Origin: Marinicella sp.
Lineage (GTDB): Bacteria; Pseudomonadota; Gammaproteobacteria; Xanthomonadales; Marinicellaceae
Length of the DNA: 64,000 nt
Assembly: GCA_965230295.1 (NCBI GenBank)
Contig: OZ246001.1
Coordinates: 2,656,001 to 2,720,000 of the forward strand
Direction: 5' to 3'
Within the stretch, counting starts at the first letter, position 1. Every line of letters begins with the position of its first letter. Made by a program: the position numbers and the translations under genes. The notes under the pieces are model-generated. The model did no database searches. It saw nothing but the letters and a program-made list of their open reading frames with translations, and was not told the origin of the DNA. Below are positions 10,648 through 21,304 of the stretch, one piece after another.

Positions 10648-11745
10648 TCATCGTTTTGTTGCCAATTGATACAGCTCCTTGGTTCTGATGCCATCGCTTT
10701 CTGGATCATCGATCCAGCTTTGACAGTGTTTAATGATTAATTCGGCCAGCAGTTCTATGTGGTCTGCTTGGGCGTTCAAGGCAGGAATGTAACTGAATTG
10801 CTTACCGCCCGCTTCGATAAAATAGCCTTTGTTCTCCACGGCAATTTCTTCCAAGGTTTCCAGGCAGTCTGCTGCGAAACCTGGGCAAATGATTTGAACA
10901 TGGTTATGTCCCTGTTCTGGTAAGGTTTTGAGTGTGTCCATGGTATATGGTTTTAACCACTCTTCACGGCCGAATATGGATTGAAATGTGATCTTGTATT
11001 GGTCATTGTTCAACCCCAGTTTTTCTGCCAACAGTCGACCGGTTTTGTGACACTCACAGTGGTAAGGGTCACCATTCAACAAATAGCGTTTGGGGACGCC
11101 ATGGAATGACATCAACAATTGATCCGGTTGGCCGTGTTGTTGCCAATGTTGTTTAACGGTGTTGGCCAATGCTTCAATGTATGCCGGATGGTCATGGTAA
11201 TGGTTGATGAACCTGGTTTCTGGAATTAAGCGCCAGCTTTGCATTTCTGTAGTCACCGCATCAAAAATTGACGCAGTGGTAGATGCAGAATATTGCGGAT
11301 ACAAGGGCAGCACCAATAGCCGATCTACATTTTTTTCTTTGAGCTTGGCCAATCCATGTTTGATCGACGGGTTACCATAACGCATGGCCAATTCAGTTTC
11401 TATTTCAATGTTGTTGGATTCAAAATGTTCTGTAATGGCGTGGTGTTGCTGTTTACTGATGGCCATCAAAGGTGAGCCTTCACCCACTTCATTCCATATG
11501 CTGGCATAAGCAGCGGCTGACTTTTTAGGTCTGATGTTTAAAATCACCCCATTTAAGATCAGCCACCAGATCCACCTTGGGAAGGTGGTCTCAACCACCC
11601 GAGGATCGGATAAGAATTCTTTGAGGTAGACCTTCAAAGCTTTTTTAGTCGGGGCATCCGGTGTGCCTAAGTTAACCATCAGGACTCCGATTTTTAATGC
11701 ATCACCATGTTGATAAGCGGTGGTATTTTTGTATTTCACGCTCAA
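10648..11745 (-). CDS. hemH: Ferrochelatase
   Basis: NLGTPDAP, PLYPQYS, SFHGVP, FAADCLETLEEI. Confidence 0.98.
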   Translation of the reverse strand: MSVKYKNTTAYQHGDALKIGVLMVNLGTPDAPTKKALKVYLKEFLSDPRVVETTFPRWIWWLILNGVILNIRPKKSAAAYASIWNEVGEGSPLMAISKQQHHAITEHFESNNIEIETELAMRYGNPSIKHGLAKLKEKNVDRLLVLPLYPQYSASTTASIFDAVTTEMQSWRLIPETRFINHYHDHPAYIEALANTVKQHWQQHGQPDQLLMSFHGVPKRYLLNGDPYHCECHKTGRLLAEKLGLNNDQYKITFQSIFGREEWLKPYTMDTLKTLPEQGHNHVQIICPGFAADCLETLEEIAVENKGYFIEAGGKQFSYIPALNAQADHIELLAELIIKHCQSWIDDPESDGIRTKELYQLATKR

Positions 11746-11930
11746 GCAAATCTAATTTGAATGTGCTTGGTATTTTAGCGGTTGAAGGTGAGTATGGGGT
11801 GAAAGAATTCAGGATTCTGCACCCACAAAAGAACAATGACCCCACTTCACAAGAAATTGATTGTTGAGACTTTAAACTTCGTGACTTATTATCTATTGTT
11901 GAATCCATAAATAAAACTTACATTCGTTGC

Positions 11931-12662
11931 ATGATTAATCCTAGCCTTACAAATACCGCGTCCAAAGTGTCCATTTCTTTGTTCTCACTACTGCTGTTCA
12001 GTTTTTTGGTCAGTTGTGGTGGCGAATCCGGCACCCGTTCAGAGGATCAAAAACAAACAGATACAACTGCACCTGTAGTCAAAGACAAGTATGTGGTGTT
12101 GGCACTGGGTGATTCATTGACAGAAGGTCTGGGCGTTGCAAAGGATGGCAATTACCCTGCCTTATTACAGGCAGCCCTTCATGACCAAGGATTTAAGCAG
12201 GTAGAAGTGGTCAATTCAGGATTAAGTGGAGAAACCAGTAGTGGACTGCTGTCTCGTGTGGATTGGGTGTTACAACTCAAACCGAAACTCACCATCTTAA
12301 ATATTGGTGCCAATGATGCCATGCGCGGCCTGCCTCTAGATTTAACCACCAATAACATCAATGAAATCATCAAACGCATCCAGGCATCAGGATCCGATGT
12401 GGTTCTTGCCGGCATGCAAATATATGACAACCTGGGACGTGAATATGTATCTGGCTTTAAAGACATGTACCCAACCATCGCAATACAACACCAGTTGACC
12501 ATGATTCCGTTTTTCCTTGAACATGTTGCCGGGGATGCCAAATACAACCAAGCTGATTTGATTCATCCAACTCGAGCAGGTTATGAAGTCATCGTTTCAC
12601 GCAATGTTCTACCGGTGGTGTTGCCCATCATCGAAAAACGGTTGAATGCCAGCCCCCAATAA
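11931..12662 (+). CDS. tesA: Arylesterase / acyl-CoA thioesterase I (SGNH), probable lipoprotein
   Basis: GDSL block, GANDAMRG, DLIHP; lipobox-like LVSC. Confidence 0.88.
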   Translation: MINPSLTNTASKVSISLFSLLLFSFLVSCGGESGTRSEDQKQTDTTAPVVKDKYVVLALGDSLTEGLGVAKDGNYPALLQAALHDQGFKQVEVVNSGLSGETSSGLLSRVDWVLQLKPKLTILNIGANDAMRGLPLDLTTNNINEIIKRIQASGSDVVLAGMQIYDNLGREYVSGFKDMYPTIAIQHQLTMIPFFLEHVAGDAKYNQADLIHPTRAGYEVIVSRNVLPVVLPIIEKRLNASPQ

Positions 12663-13359
12663 CCCAAACGAAAAAATGACCATGACAGAACAAACCAACG
12701 CCAGCGTTTTGGACGCTCAAAATATCAACAAATCATTTCAACTGGATCAACTTGAAATTGAAGTTCTTAATGACATTTCATTGCAAGTGAAACAAGGTGA
12801 ATTTGTCGCCATCATGGGGAAATCAGGATCAGGAAAATCCACTTTGCTGAGTTTGCTGGCCGGGTTGGACCAACCTACATCCGGCAAAATTTCACTCAAT
12901 GGAGAAGACCTCACTGACATGAGTGAAGAACAGCTGGCTTTGAAACGGCAGTCAGACATCGGATTTGTGTTTCAGTCTTTTCATTTAATCCCCACTTTGT
13001 CAGTGAAGGAAAACATTGAATTTCCCCTGAGTATTGCCCGCAAGAACGATCAGCAAAGGGTTCAGGAACTGATTGAGGCGGTAGAACTGAGTCATCGCAG
13101 CAACAGTTTTCCTCATCAGTTATCTGGTGGAGAGAAACAACGCACGGCCATCGCCCGGGCGTTGGTGGCCAATCCACAAATACTTTTTGCTGACGAGCCC
13201 ACTGGTAACTTGGATGAAAAGAATGCAGATCAGGTGATGCAATTGTTATTGAGTTTACAAAAAGCCTTTAACACCGCTTTGGTGATTGTTACCCATGACC
13301 CCAGCTTGGCTGCGATGGCAGACCGCACCATCACCATTGTGGACGGCCAACTGGTATGA
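12646..13359 (+). CDS. ybbA: ABC transporter ATP-binding protein (YbbA/LolD-like)
   Basis: GKSGSGKST, LSGGEKQR, ADEPTGNLD; true start may be 12676 or 12682. Confidence 0.9.
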   Translation: MPAPNNPNEKMTMTEQTNASVLDAQNINKSFQLDQLEIEVLNDISLQVKQGEFVAIMGKSGSGKSTLLSLLAGLDQPTSGKISLNGEDLTDMSEEQLALKRQSDIGFVFQSFHLIPTLSVKENIEFPLSIARKNDQQRVQELIEAVELSHRSNSFPHQLSGGEKQRTAIARALVANPQILFADEPTGNLDEKNADQVMQLLLSLQKAFNTALVIVTHDPSLAAMADRTITIVDGQLV

Positions 13360-15878
13360 AATCAAATGGCATACAACCCTTGAACGGCGTCATCATTAGA
13401 CGGGAGTGGCTGGGACATTGGATTTATCCCTTGTTGTTTTGTTTCAGTTTATTGGTTTCACTGGGTGCTTATTTGACCCTGGATTCCTTACAAAATGCTG
13501 TTGATGATTACATCACCGACAATCAGAAAGCCATGGTAGGGGGAGACCTCATCGTTCGATCAAGGCAAGCATTACCCGAAAACATTGAACAATGGGTTGC
13601 TCAATTACCAGCCAAAGACGTTGTGAATGATCGACAGTTCAATGCGATGACCTATGCGGGTGATGCGTCTTTGTTGGTCAGGATCAAAGCCATTGATCAC
13701 AGCTACCCCTTGTATGGTTCGTTGAAGTTGGCATCAGGTAATGATTTATCAACACAGTTAAAATCTGGCCAGGTGTTGGTTGAGCGGCAAGTCCTAACGG
13801 GGCTTGAATTGAACATAGGTGATGTCATCCAAGTTGGCGAGTCTCAATTTGAAATTGTCGACGAAATCATGGAAGAGCCTGATCGACCATTGACTGCTTT
13901 TGGCTTTGGTGCACGGGTGATGATGCTGAATGAAGATTTGGCCTCAACTGGCTTACTTGGACAACGAAGTCGCGTCAACTATCGGGTAGAAATCAAAACC
14001 AGTGATGCCGAGCGAGATGAGTTGGAACAACAGTTGTTGGCATTAACGGCAGATACCAAAGTCAGTGTCACCACCGTGGACCAATCACAAACCAGTATTT
14101 CAGCGTTGTCTGCAAACTTTTTAAAGTTTCTCAAGTTGTTGGTGGTGGCAGTGATTGTTTTATCAGGTGTGGGTTTGATGAGTGTAGTCAAGGCCTTTGT
14201 CAATCGTCAACAGCAGACCAACGCCATCAGAAGGGCCATTGGTGAACCGATTGCTCAATTGAAAAATGGTTATTACCGATTGTTCTTTTTCATGACATTT
14301 GTGGCTGTTGGATTGGCCTGGTTATTAAGCCAAGTGGTGCTTTATTTGGGATATGATGCTTTTGCAGCCATTATTCCGGCTCAAGTAACGCTCGAAATCA
14401 GCCTCATCAGTGTGGGTAAAGTCTTGCTCATAGCCATGGCATTGACCTGGTTGATGACACACAGCACCATTCAAGCCTTATCTGCAGTTAAACCTGTGGC
14501 CGTATTGCAGCAACAAACCACCAGCACACCGCAATGGTATTTCTCACGTTATTGGTTGTTGTTGTCGTTGTTGAGTTTGTATTTATTGCTTTCATTGGAA
14601 CTGTCTTCATGGTGGCAAGGCTTACAAGTCTCTTTGGGATTGATGGTCATCAGTTTGGTGTTCTGGTTGTTCAGTCAACTCATATTACGCACTTTGAAAA
14701 TGTTAACCAACCGTGGCTGGATCAGTCATTGGTTGTTGAAACTGTCGATCCAAAACATCTTTCGCAAAGGCAACCAGTCGATGTTGTTCTTCACCACCAT
14801 GTCCATGGCCGTGATGGTGATGTGGAGTATCACGGCATTGAATCACACCATTGACCAACAATTGATCAGTACTTACCCGGAAAATTCACCCAATATGTTC
14901 ATGCTGGATGTACAAAGTGAACAACATGAGTCGCTGAATGAGATCATTGCTCAACCCATTACTTATTACCCGGTGATCAGGGCCCGGATAGCGACAGTCA
15001 ATGGTATAGATGCGGAGACTTTGAAAAATCAATTGGGAAACTATGACAACATCACCCGTATTTTCAACCTCAGTTATGGGACAGAAATCCTGCCCACTGA
15101 ACAATTAAGCCAGTCGATACAGGCCGGTGAATTGTTTGCAACCAGAGATCAAGAGTCAGATGCTGTGCCCATTTCAATTTTAGATACCATCGCAGGGTAT
15201 TTGGAAGTGTCTTTGAATGATGAAGTGGTGTTTGACATCCAGGGTGTAAAAATGAAAACTTACATCAGCAGCATCCGAAGCCGCTTCCAACGAGGCCCCA
15301 GTCCGTTTTTCTATTTCATGTTTCAACCAGAAGTGATGTCCAAAGCGCCGCAGATTCAATTTGCCACGGCTAAAGTTGAAGCCAAAGATATTCCTCAATT
15401 GCAAACCACCATAGCCAAGCAATTCCCGGGCATCACCACATTAGATGGCGCCAGTATCGCTAAACAGTTAAAGGGTTTTGTTGATCAGCTGACTCAACTG
15501 GTACAAATTTTTACGGGTTTAAGTGTACTGGCCGGGGTCATGATCCTGGTGACCTCATTGGTGTCAACCTCTCAGGATCGTTTACAAGAAAGTGCTTATT
15601 TTAGATTGATGGGCATGCTGACAAACGACCTGTATGCAATCAACGTGATCGAGTTATTGTTGTTAGGCCTGTTGGCATTTGTGGCTGGAGGAATGCTCGG
15701 CTTGGCAGTGTCATATGCCATAACGACTTTTTGGTTTGCTTTGCCCTTTGTTTTCCCTTGGCAAGTGAGTTTATGGTCATTGTTAATTTTGATGGCCACT
15801 TTGCTGTTTGTCAGTTTTGCTTATGGGCGCTTTGTGATCAAATCGAATGTGATGAATTTGGTGAGACAAATGGTTTGA
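13356..15878 (+). CDS. ybbP: ABC transporter permease (YbbP/FtsX-like, duplicated)
   Basis: GGDL, YPLYG, PNMFMLDVQ, YPVIRARI; two TM bundles; follows the ATPase. Confidence 0.88.
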   Translation: MKSNGIQPLNGVIIRREWLGHWIYPLLFCFSLLVSLGAYLTLDSLQNAVDDYITDNQKAMVGGDLIVRSRQALPENIEQWVAQLPAKDVVNDRQFNAMTYAGDASLLVRIKAIDHSYPLYGSLKLASGNDLSTQLKSGQVLVERQVLTGLELNIGDVIQVGESQFEIVDEIMEEPDRPLTAFGFGARVMMLNEDLASTGLLGQRSRVNYRVEIKTSDAERDELEQQLLALTADTKVSVTTVDQSQTSISALSANFLKFLKLLVVAVIVLSGVGLMSVVKAFVNRQQQTNAIRRAIGEPIAQLKNGYYRLFFFMTFVAVGLAWLLSQVVLYLGYDAFAAIIPAQVTLEISLISVGKVLLIAMALTWLMTHSTIQALSAVKPVAVLQQQTTSTPQWYFSRYWLLLSLLSLYLLLSLELSSWWQGLQVSLGLMVISLVFWLFSQLILRTLKMLTNRGWISHWLLKLSIQNIFRKGNQSMLFFTTMSMAVMVMWSITALNHTIDQQLISTYPENSPNMFMLDVQSEQHESLNEIIAQPITYYPVIRARIATVNGIDAETLKNQLGNYDNITRIFNLSYGTEILPTEQLSQSIQAGELFATRDQESDAVPISILDTIAGYLEVSLNDEVVFDIQGVKMKTYISSIRSRFQRGPSPFFYFMFQPEVMSKAPQIQFATAKVEAKDIPQLQTTIAKQFPGITTLDGASIAKQLKGFVDQLTQLVQIFTGLSVLAGVMILVTSLVSTSQDRLQESAYFRLMGMLTNDLYAINVIELLLLGLLAFVAGGMLGLAVSYAITTFWFALPFVFPWQVSLWSLLILMATLLFVSFAYGRFVIKSNVMNLVRQMV

Positions 15879-16057
15879 TGAAGACCATGAGCAAATGTCA
15901 GGTGACAATTATTTTCAGCAGTTAAAGTCATCGAATTTGTATGACAACCTGTTAAAGTGAAGAACAAATAAAGCAGTGTAAAACATTAGTCTTGAAAGAA
16001 AAAATACATTTTTAGGTGTGATTCATGGCAAAATAAAGAAATATGACAGCGCGTTGT

Positions 16058-16452
16058 AAAGCTGCTGAGCAGCTTGACCCGCCGAGCCGGTTAGGCAAAT
16101 CATGCAATCATGGCGATTTTGCAAAGCAAAGAAGCCTTGATGTAATGATTGATTAGCCGTGAGCTTTTGATGTTGCGGCCGCTATCGCTCCTAGCTATCG
16201 CGGCAGACCTACATCCATGTAGGCCAATCAGAGGCGAAGAGAATAGCCAATGAGCATATGGTGATTTGACGAAGTCAAGAAGCCTTATGTGAATGGCGTT
16301 ATAGCACAGGCAATGAAAGTTGGGCGGTTTTATCGAAGATAAAGAAGCCCGATTTGAATGCCGCAGTGCGTGCGAGGTAGCAAGTCATGTTCGCTGTGGT
16401 CGTTTTCACTTTTGTCAGGAACAAAAGTGAATGAAGCCCCAAGAACATTCCT
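16058..16452 (+). repeat. 395-bp non-coding structured repeat, copy 1
   Basis: Near-identical to the reverse complement of 49421..49902; multiple short hairpins; intergenic. Confidence 0.95.
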
Positions 16453-16594
16453 AATAAGTGTGGAGCTGTCAAAATATAAAGTGTGAGTCAGTTAACCTTG
16501 ACAGTGTGTGCCGGAATCTATTTTGGATTTGCCAAGATGGATGTGATTGTAGATGTTCAAACAACATTTGAACTCGTAAACCATAACTGGCGAA

Positions 16595-18823
16595 ATGAAT
16601 AAGAAAATTGAAAATGTCACGAAAGACAATGTTGTTGAAATCAACCAGATGACAAAACAAAAAAATCAATCCGCTTTCACCAAGCACCTGCATGAAACCC
16701 ACAGGATCTTCGTACAGTCGCTGAATCCCAGGTTAAAAAGCTTTTTTGAAGGCTTGAATGACTTCTTTTTTGACATGGCTGAAAAAGCAGAAAACAACGC
16801 CATTCAGAATCAATATTTTGCTGCCATTGGTGATACCCGGAAAAACAAAACTGAACTGACCAGGCAATTTGCTAAAAATGTGAATGTCATTTTTCAGAAA
16901 TTCAAATCAAAGGATTTCGTCTATTTTATTGAAAATGATGAGCAAACAGACCAAACCAAAAAAGACCTGACATTAATCAAGGAGGACGACTTAGATCAAA
17001 AACTCGCGATCAATAATGTGATTGCCAAAATCAGCCAGTTCTACCACGAAGACTTGTATATGTTGAATGAGCGTTATTCTGAATTGGTCGAAATGGATGG
17101 CGAGGTAGATAACCATGCCAATCCGATTGGACCTGATGCCATTGTCAATGCATTTGCTTTGTCTCTGAAAGTTTTGAAGTCAGAAAACAACATCAAACTG
17201 ATGATCATTAAGTTGTTCGAAAAAAACATGGTTGAAAGTTTGGGGCCGGCTTATCGCATGGTTAACAAATATTTTAAAAAGAACGACATCCTGCCTGAGA
17301 TTAAGTTTGAAGTTAAGCAACAGCCCAGCGCTGGCCATGCCATGAATAACTCCATCAATTATTTGGCCCATGCTTTGTCAGAAGAAGATGAAAACTACAA
17401 GAAAATCGCCAACATTTTAGAGCACGACAGAGAACAAGCGCCTCAACAGAGTTACTCTGCAGAAAGCATTGTTCAATTTTCACAATTGTCAGATGCGTTG
17501 GACCAAATAAAAGTCGAATTACTCAGTGATCAAGAGCTCGAAACCAAACAGAGCATCAGTCCATTGGAACTGAAAGATGAGCTGATCAGAAAACTGAAAT
17601 CACTCAAGGCGATGACTGAAGGCCAGCAAATCAATGTGGCTGATGAAAACACCATCGATTTGATCGGTGAAATGTTTCAATTTCTGGTTGATGACAGAAA
17701 TTTACCTGAAACCATCCAATTGGTGCTTTCGAAACTGCAATTACCCTATTTACAGATTGCCTTAAAAGACGATACTTTTTTCTCTGATAAGCACAACAAT
17801 GCGCGTCAATTGCTTAACATCATGGCAGAAAGCTCCATAGGTTGGTCAGCTGAAACCGATGACAAATCTGTGTTTTTGAAAAAAATAAAGGAAATTGTTG
17901 GTTTCATACTGAAGAATCATGAGAAAAGCATCAACTATGAACGGTTGATAGAACGATTCATCCAGTTTGACCAGCAACTGAAGAAGCGCTCTTTGATTGT
18001 AGAGCGGAGAACTTCAGAGAAAGTATCAGGAAGAGAGCGCTTAAGTTTAGCTAAGAACGAAACAGCTGAGGTTTTGAAGAAGAATCTAAAAGGTCAGAAA
18101 GTACCTCCATTGGTTCGTGAGATTCTGCTTAAACCTTGGGCCAATGTCTTGATCTTGTCCGAATTAAGGAAGCAAGACTCCCCGGAATTGTTGTTTAAGC
18201 ACCAGGATTTCGTCCGTAAGTTAGTGAATGCTGCCAACCCGGACAACCATGTCAAAAGATCAGACAAAGCCATTAAAGATCTATGCAATGAGATGATCGA
18301 AGGCCTCAAGTTGGTTGCTTATGACGTCAAAGATTTGCGAGAAAAATCCAAAGAAATGCAGTCATGTTTGGAGAAAATCAATGGAGTCAGAACCGATGAA
18401 CAACCGATAGACTTTGTTGACCCAAAAGAAATTTTAAAACTATCAAAAGAGTTCAACCGTGAATCCAGTGTGGGTGAATTGATTGAAAACCCTGATTTGA
18501 GCATGGAGCCACCAACAGATATCCCTGAAGTTGATGACGAATTTCATCAATCTGCCCACAATGTTAAGTTGGGTGAGTGGATAGAAATTAACAGTAAGAA
18601 AAAACCCCAACGGGTTAAGTTGTCATGGATCAGTCCCATCAGTGGCAAAATGCTCTACGTCGATGCCAAAGGGGCGAAGGTGATTGACCTGTTCCCCATT
18701 GAATTGGCTGCTAAACTGCGCAACAAAGAATACCACTTGTTGCAGCAAATCCCCATCCTTGACCGGGCCATGTCGTCGATTGCAGATAAAATGAAAAAAA
18801 GAAAAGCGGCTTCAGGTAAATAA
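16595..18823 (+). CDS. DUF1631 family protein
   Basis: NPIGP, IDLIGEMFQFLVDDRNLP, LQLPYLQIALKD..FF..H.AR.LLN, KLSWISP. Confidence 0.88.
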   Translation: MNKKIENVTKDNVVEINQMTKQKNQSAFTKHLHETHRIFVQSLNPRLKSFFEGLNDFFFDMAEKAENNAIQNQYFAAIGDTRKNKTELTRQFAKNVNVIFQKFKSKDFVYFIENDEQTDQTKKDLTLIKEDDLDQKLAINNVIAKISQFYHEDLYMLNERYSELVEMDGEVDNHANPIGPDAIVNAFALSLKVLKSENNIKLMIIKLFEKNMVESLGPAYRMVNKYFKKNDILPEIKFEVKQQPSAGHAMNNSINYLAHALSEEDENYKKIANILEHDREQAPQQSYSAESIVQFSQLSDALDQIKVELLSDQELETKQSISPLELKDELIRKLKSLKAMTEGQQINVADENTIDLIGEMFQFLVDDRNLPETIQLVLSKLQLPYLQIALKDDTFFSDKHNNARQLLNIMAESSIGWSAETDDKSVFLKKIKEIVGFILKNHEKSINYERLIERFIQFDQQLKKRSLIVERRTSEKVSGRERLSLAKNETAEVLKKNLKGQKVPPLVREILLKPWANVLILSELRKQDSPELLFKHQDFVRKLVNAANPDNHVKRSDKAIKDLCNEMIEGLKLVAYDVKDLREKSKEMQSCLEKINGVRTDEQPIDFVDPKEILKLSKEFNRESSVGELIENPDLSMEPPTDIPEVDDEFHQSAHNVKLGEWIEINSKKKPQRVKLSWISPISGKMLYVDAKGAKVIDLFPIELAAKLRNKEYHLLQQIPILDRAMSSIADKMKKRKAASGK

Positions 18824-18884
18824 CTTAAGACCAGAAAAGAATGCAAGATGACGTCCTTGTCATACCTGCTTCCTGAGCTCAATA

Positions 18885-21284
18885 TTACTGTTTAATGACG
18901 AATTGAGAATCGCTGAACTTTTGCTTGGCTTTGGTTTTATCGTAATGAATGATGGCTTTTCCCATCATTGGGTTCTTGATGGTGGTTTTCATAGGAACCC
19001 GCAGTCCGTGACGCTTTTTATAGTTTGCATACTCAATGGTGATGGGAACAGGGCCAGTTATCGGATTAAGCAGTTTGGTTTTTAATTTCAGTATATCCCC
19101 CGTTTTGGCATCAATATACCAGGTTCTTGATGGCAGTTCTTTGGTCTTGGTTTTTAATACATAGACTGCACTGCCATTGATTTCATTTTCTCCTATGACC
19201 TTTATGCTGTCGGCATGTTGACGCAAATCGATGACCACAGCAGGGTGGTCCATTCTGATTTGTTTGAGGTACTTACCTTTGAATTCAGTATATGGATTGA
19301 TGCCAGTGGTGGCAGCCGTTTCACTGTTGGCTGCAATTAATATCTCACCAAAAATGCCAAAATCCATGTGCTGGCTGTAGCTTTTATCCGCATCAAACAG
19401 GGTGGTGACTTTGCCTTTAAGCCCAGAATTCAACATATTGATCTCTCCGGTAAATACGAAGCCGCTTTTTTTCTTTAAGGCTTTCATGCGTTGTTTACTC
19501 TTCATCAATTTCATGATGTCGTCAACCGAAGGCAATGATTGAGCCGTGTTGTCTGATAATTTTGCTGCGGTATCAACGATTTTTTCTTTGTCACGATATA
19601 AAACCACTTGTGTGATTGCGCCCATGTCATCGGTTTCAAATTTTGCACTCATGTCTGATTTGATTCTGAATTGTCTAAAGCCATCTTCATCAGGCAAATG
19701 TAGCTCAAATGCCATTTGATTGGGCACATCCAAGGTCAATCGATGGTTTTGGATCAGCGCTTTGATTGGACCGTTGAATGTTTTAGATTGGTATTGTCCT
19801 AAGTAAGGTTGCAACTCACTGGCATCAATCTCAGGTTCAATAACCACGCCTTTTTTGGGTAACTCAAAGTCCAATCTATTTTGGTGCATGCGCATGGCTG
19901 CAATACCGCCATTTTCATCGCGATCAAATGACACCGAGATGGTGTCAGTCATGGTGAAGTACCACAAGCCATCAGCATCAGGGTCTTTCAACTCATACAC
20001 CATTTGACCAGGCACATCCACAGCCGGCTTGCCATTCTCTTTGATTAAAAAGGTAAAAATACTGTCTTTAAATGAAGCAAAATTGGCGTGGTATTCGCCC
20101 ACGAATTCATCGTAGCCCACTTGACTGCGGTCATCCGCAGTTGAGACTTTGTCATCCTGAGCTGTTGCCAAATGGTCCCAAACCAGGTTGATTGATTCTT
20201 GTTGTAATGGGGTGGCTGTGACATTGGTCAACAAGACAAAACCCAAATCAGATTCAGGCAATAAAGCCACTTGCGCCCCATAGCCATCAATGTTACCCCC
20301 ATGTTCGACTACTGGTTGATCCTGCCAGGGGCGTAAGAACCAACCCATGCCATAGTTCATCTCACCGGAAATGTTGATGGCTGGTTCCCAAGTGGCATGA
20401 AGTTGTTCTTTTGAAATCAGTTGTTTGCCATCGTGATTTCCATCATTGAGTAACACCTTGACCCACTGTGCCATATCCTTAACATTCGAATAGATACCAC
20501 CTGCAGGTGCCACATTATTCAGGTTGCGACGTGGCATCAGGTCATGTGTTTCGGTTTCATCGTTCCACTGATAACCCAATGAGATGTTTTCATTGGATTC
20601 GGCCGTTTCATGAATTGATGTGGAGTCAGTCATACCCAGTGGCTGTAGAATTGTTTGTGCTAAAACATCATCCCAGCTGCTGCCTGCTAAATTTGCAATC
20701 ACTTCGCCGGCTGCCAGATACATGACATTGTTATAGTGAAAACTCTTTCTGAATTCGTCCCAAGGTTCGGCATGGGTTGCTGTTTCCAGTATCAATTCCC
20801 GGCTGGCTTGTCCATTGGCCCACAACAAATCATTGCGGGTATAACCGGATCGGTGAGACAAAGCATCTCTTAATGTGACTGGTAAATGCGCTCCATCTAC
20901 AGTGAATTGATAGGCTGGCAAGTAGGAAGCAACTTCGTCATCCCAATTCAGTTTGCCCTCATCAACCATCATCGCTGTCATGATCGCTGTAAATGACTTG
21001 GATGAGGAGCCAATGGCAAACAGCGTATCCGGTGTGGCGGGAGTCTGATTTTCCAGATCCATCACCCCAAACCCTTGGCTCAGAATGACTTGATCTCCCT
21101 TAACCACCGCAATGGCCATGCCGGGAATGTGATGTTCTATGCGTTTGGCTTCTAATGTATCAACCAATTTTTTGATTGAATCTTCTGATGGTCCAGCGAT
21201 GGCGTATGCAGGTAGCACCAGCATCAGCACCATGCTCAGCAAAATTAAGATGACGCGAATAAAATTTTTAATTTTCATTTCCAT
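18885..21284 (-). CDS. Secreted serine hydrolase (AmpC/beta-lactamase-like) with extra C-terminal domains
   Basis: FAIGSSSK (SxxK), YNN, HGG motifs; signal peptide; AGGAG RBS before ATG at 21284. Confidence 0.9.
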   Translation of the reverse strand: MEMKIKNFIRVILILLSMVLMLVLPAYAIAGPSEDSIKKLVDTLEAKRIEHHIPGMAIAVVKGDQVILSQGFGVMDLENQTPATPDTLFAIGSSSKSFTAIMTAMMVDEGKLNWDDEVASYLPAYQFTVDGAHLPVTLRDALSHRSGYTRNDLLWANGQASRELILETATHAEPWDEFRKSFHYNNVMYLAAGEVIANLAGSSWDDVLAQTILQPLGMTDSTSIHETAESNENISLGYQWNDETETHDLMPRRNLNNVAPAGGIYSNVKDMAQWVKVLLNDGNHDGKQLISKEQLHATWEPAINISGEMNYGMGWFLRPWQDQPVVEHGGNIDGYGAQVALLPESDLGFVLLTNVTATPLQQESINLVWDHLATAQDDKVSTADDRSQVGYDEFVGEYHANFASFKDSIFTFLIKENGKPAVDVPGQMVYELKDPDADGLWYFTMTDTISVSFDRDENGGIAAMRMHQNRLDFELPKKGVVIEPEIDASELQPYLGQYQSKTFNGPIKALIQNHRLTLDVPNQMAFELHLPDEDGFRQFRIKSDMSAKFETDDMGAITQVVLYRDKEKIVDTAAKLSDNTAQSLPSVDDIMKLMKSKQRMKALKKKSGFVFTGEINMLNSGLKGKVTTLFDADKSYSQHMDFGIFGEILIAANSETAATTGINPYTEFKGKYLKQIRMDHPAVVIDLRQHADSIKVIGENEINGSAVYVLKTKTKELPSRTWYIDAKTGDILKLKTKLLNPITGPVPITIEYANYKKRHGLRVPMKTTIKNPMMGKAIIHYDKTKAKQKFSDSQFVIKQ

Positions 21285-21304
21285 AATAGTTCTCCTGTAA
21301 ATGA

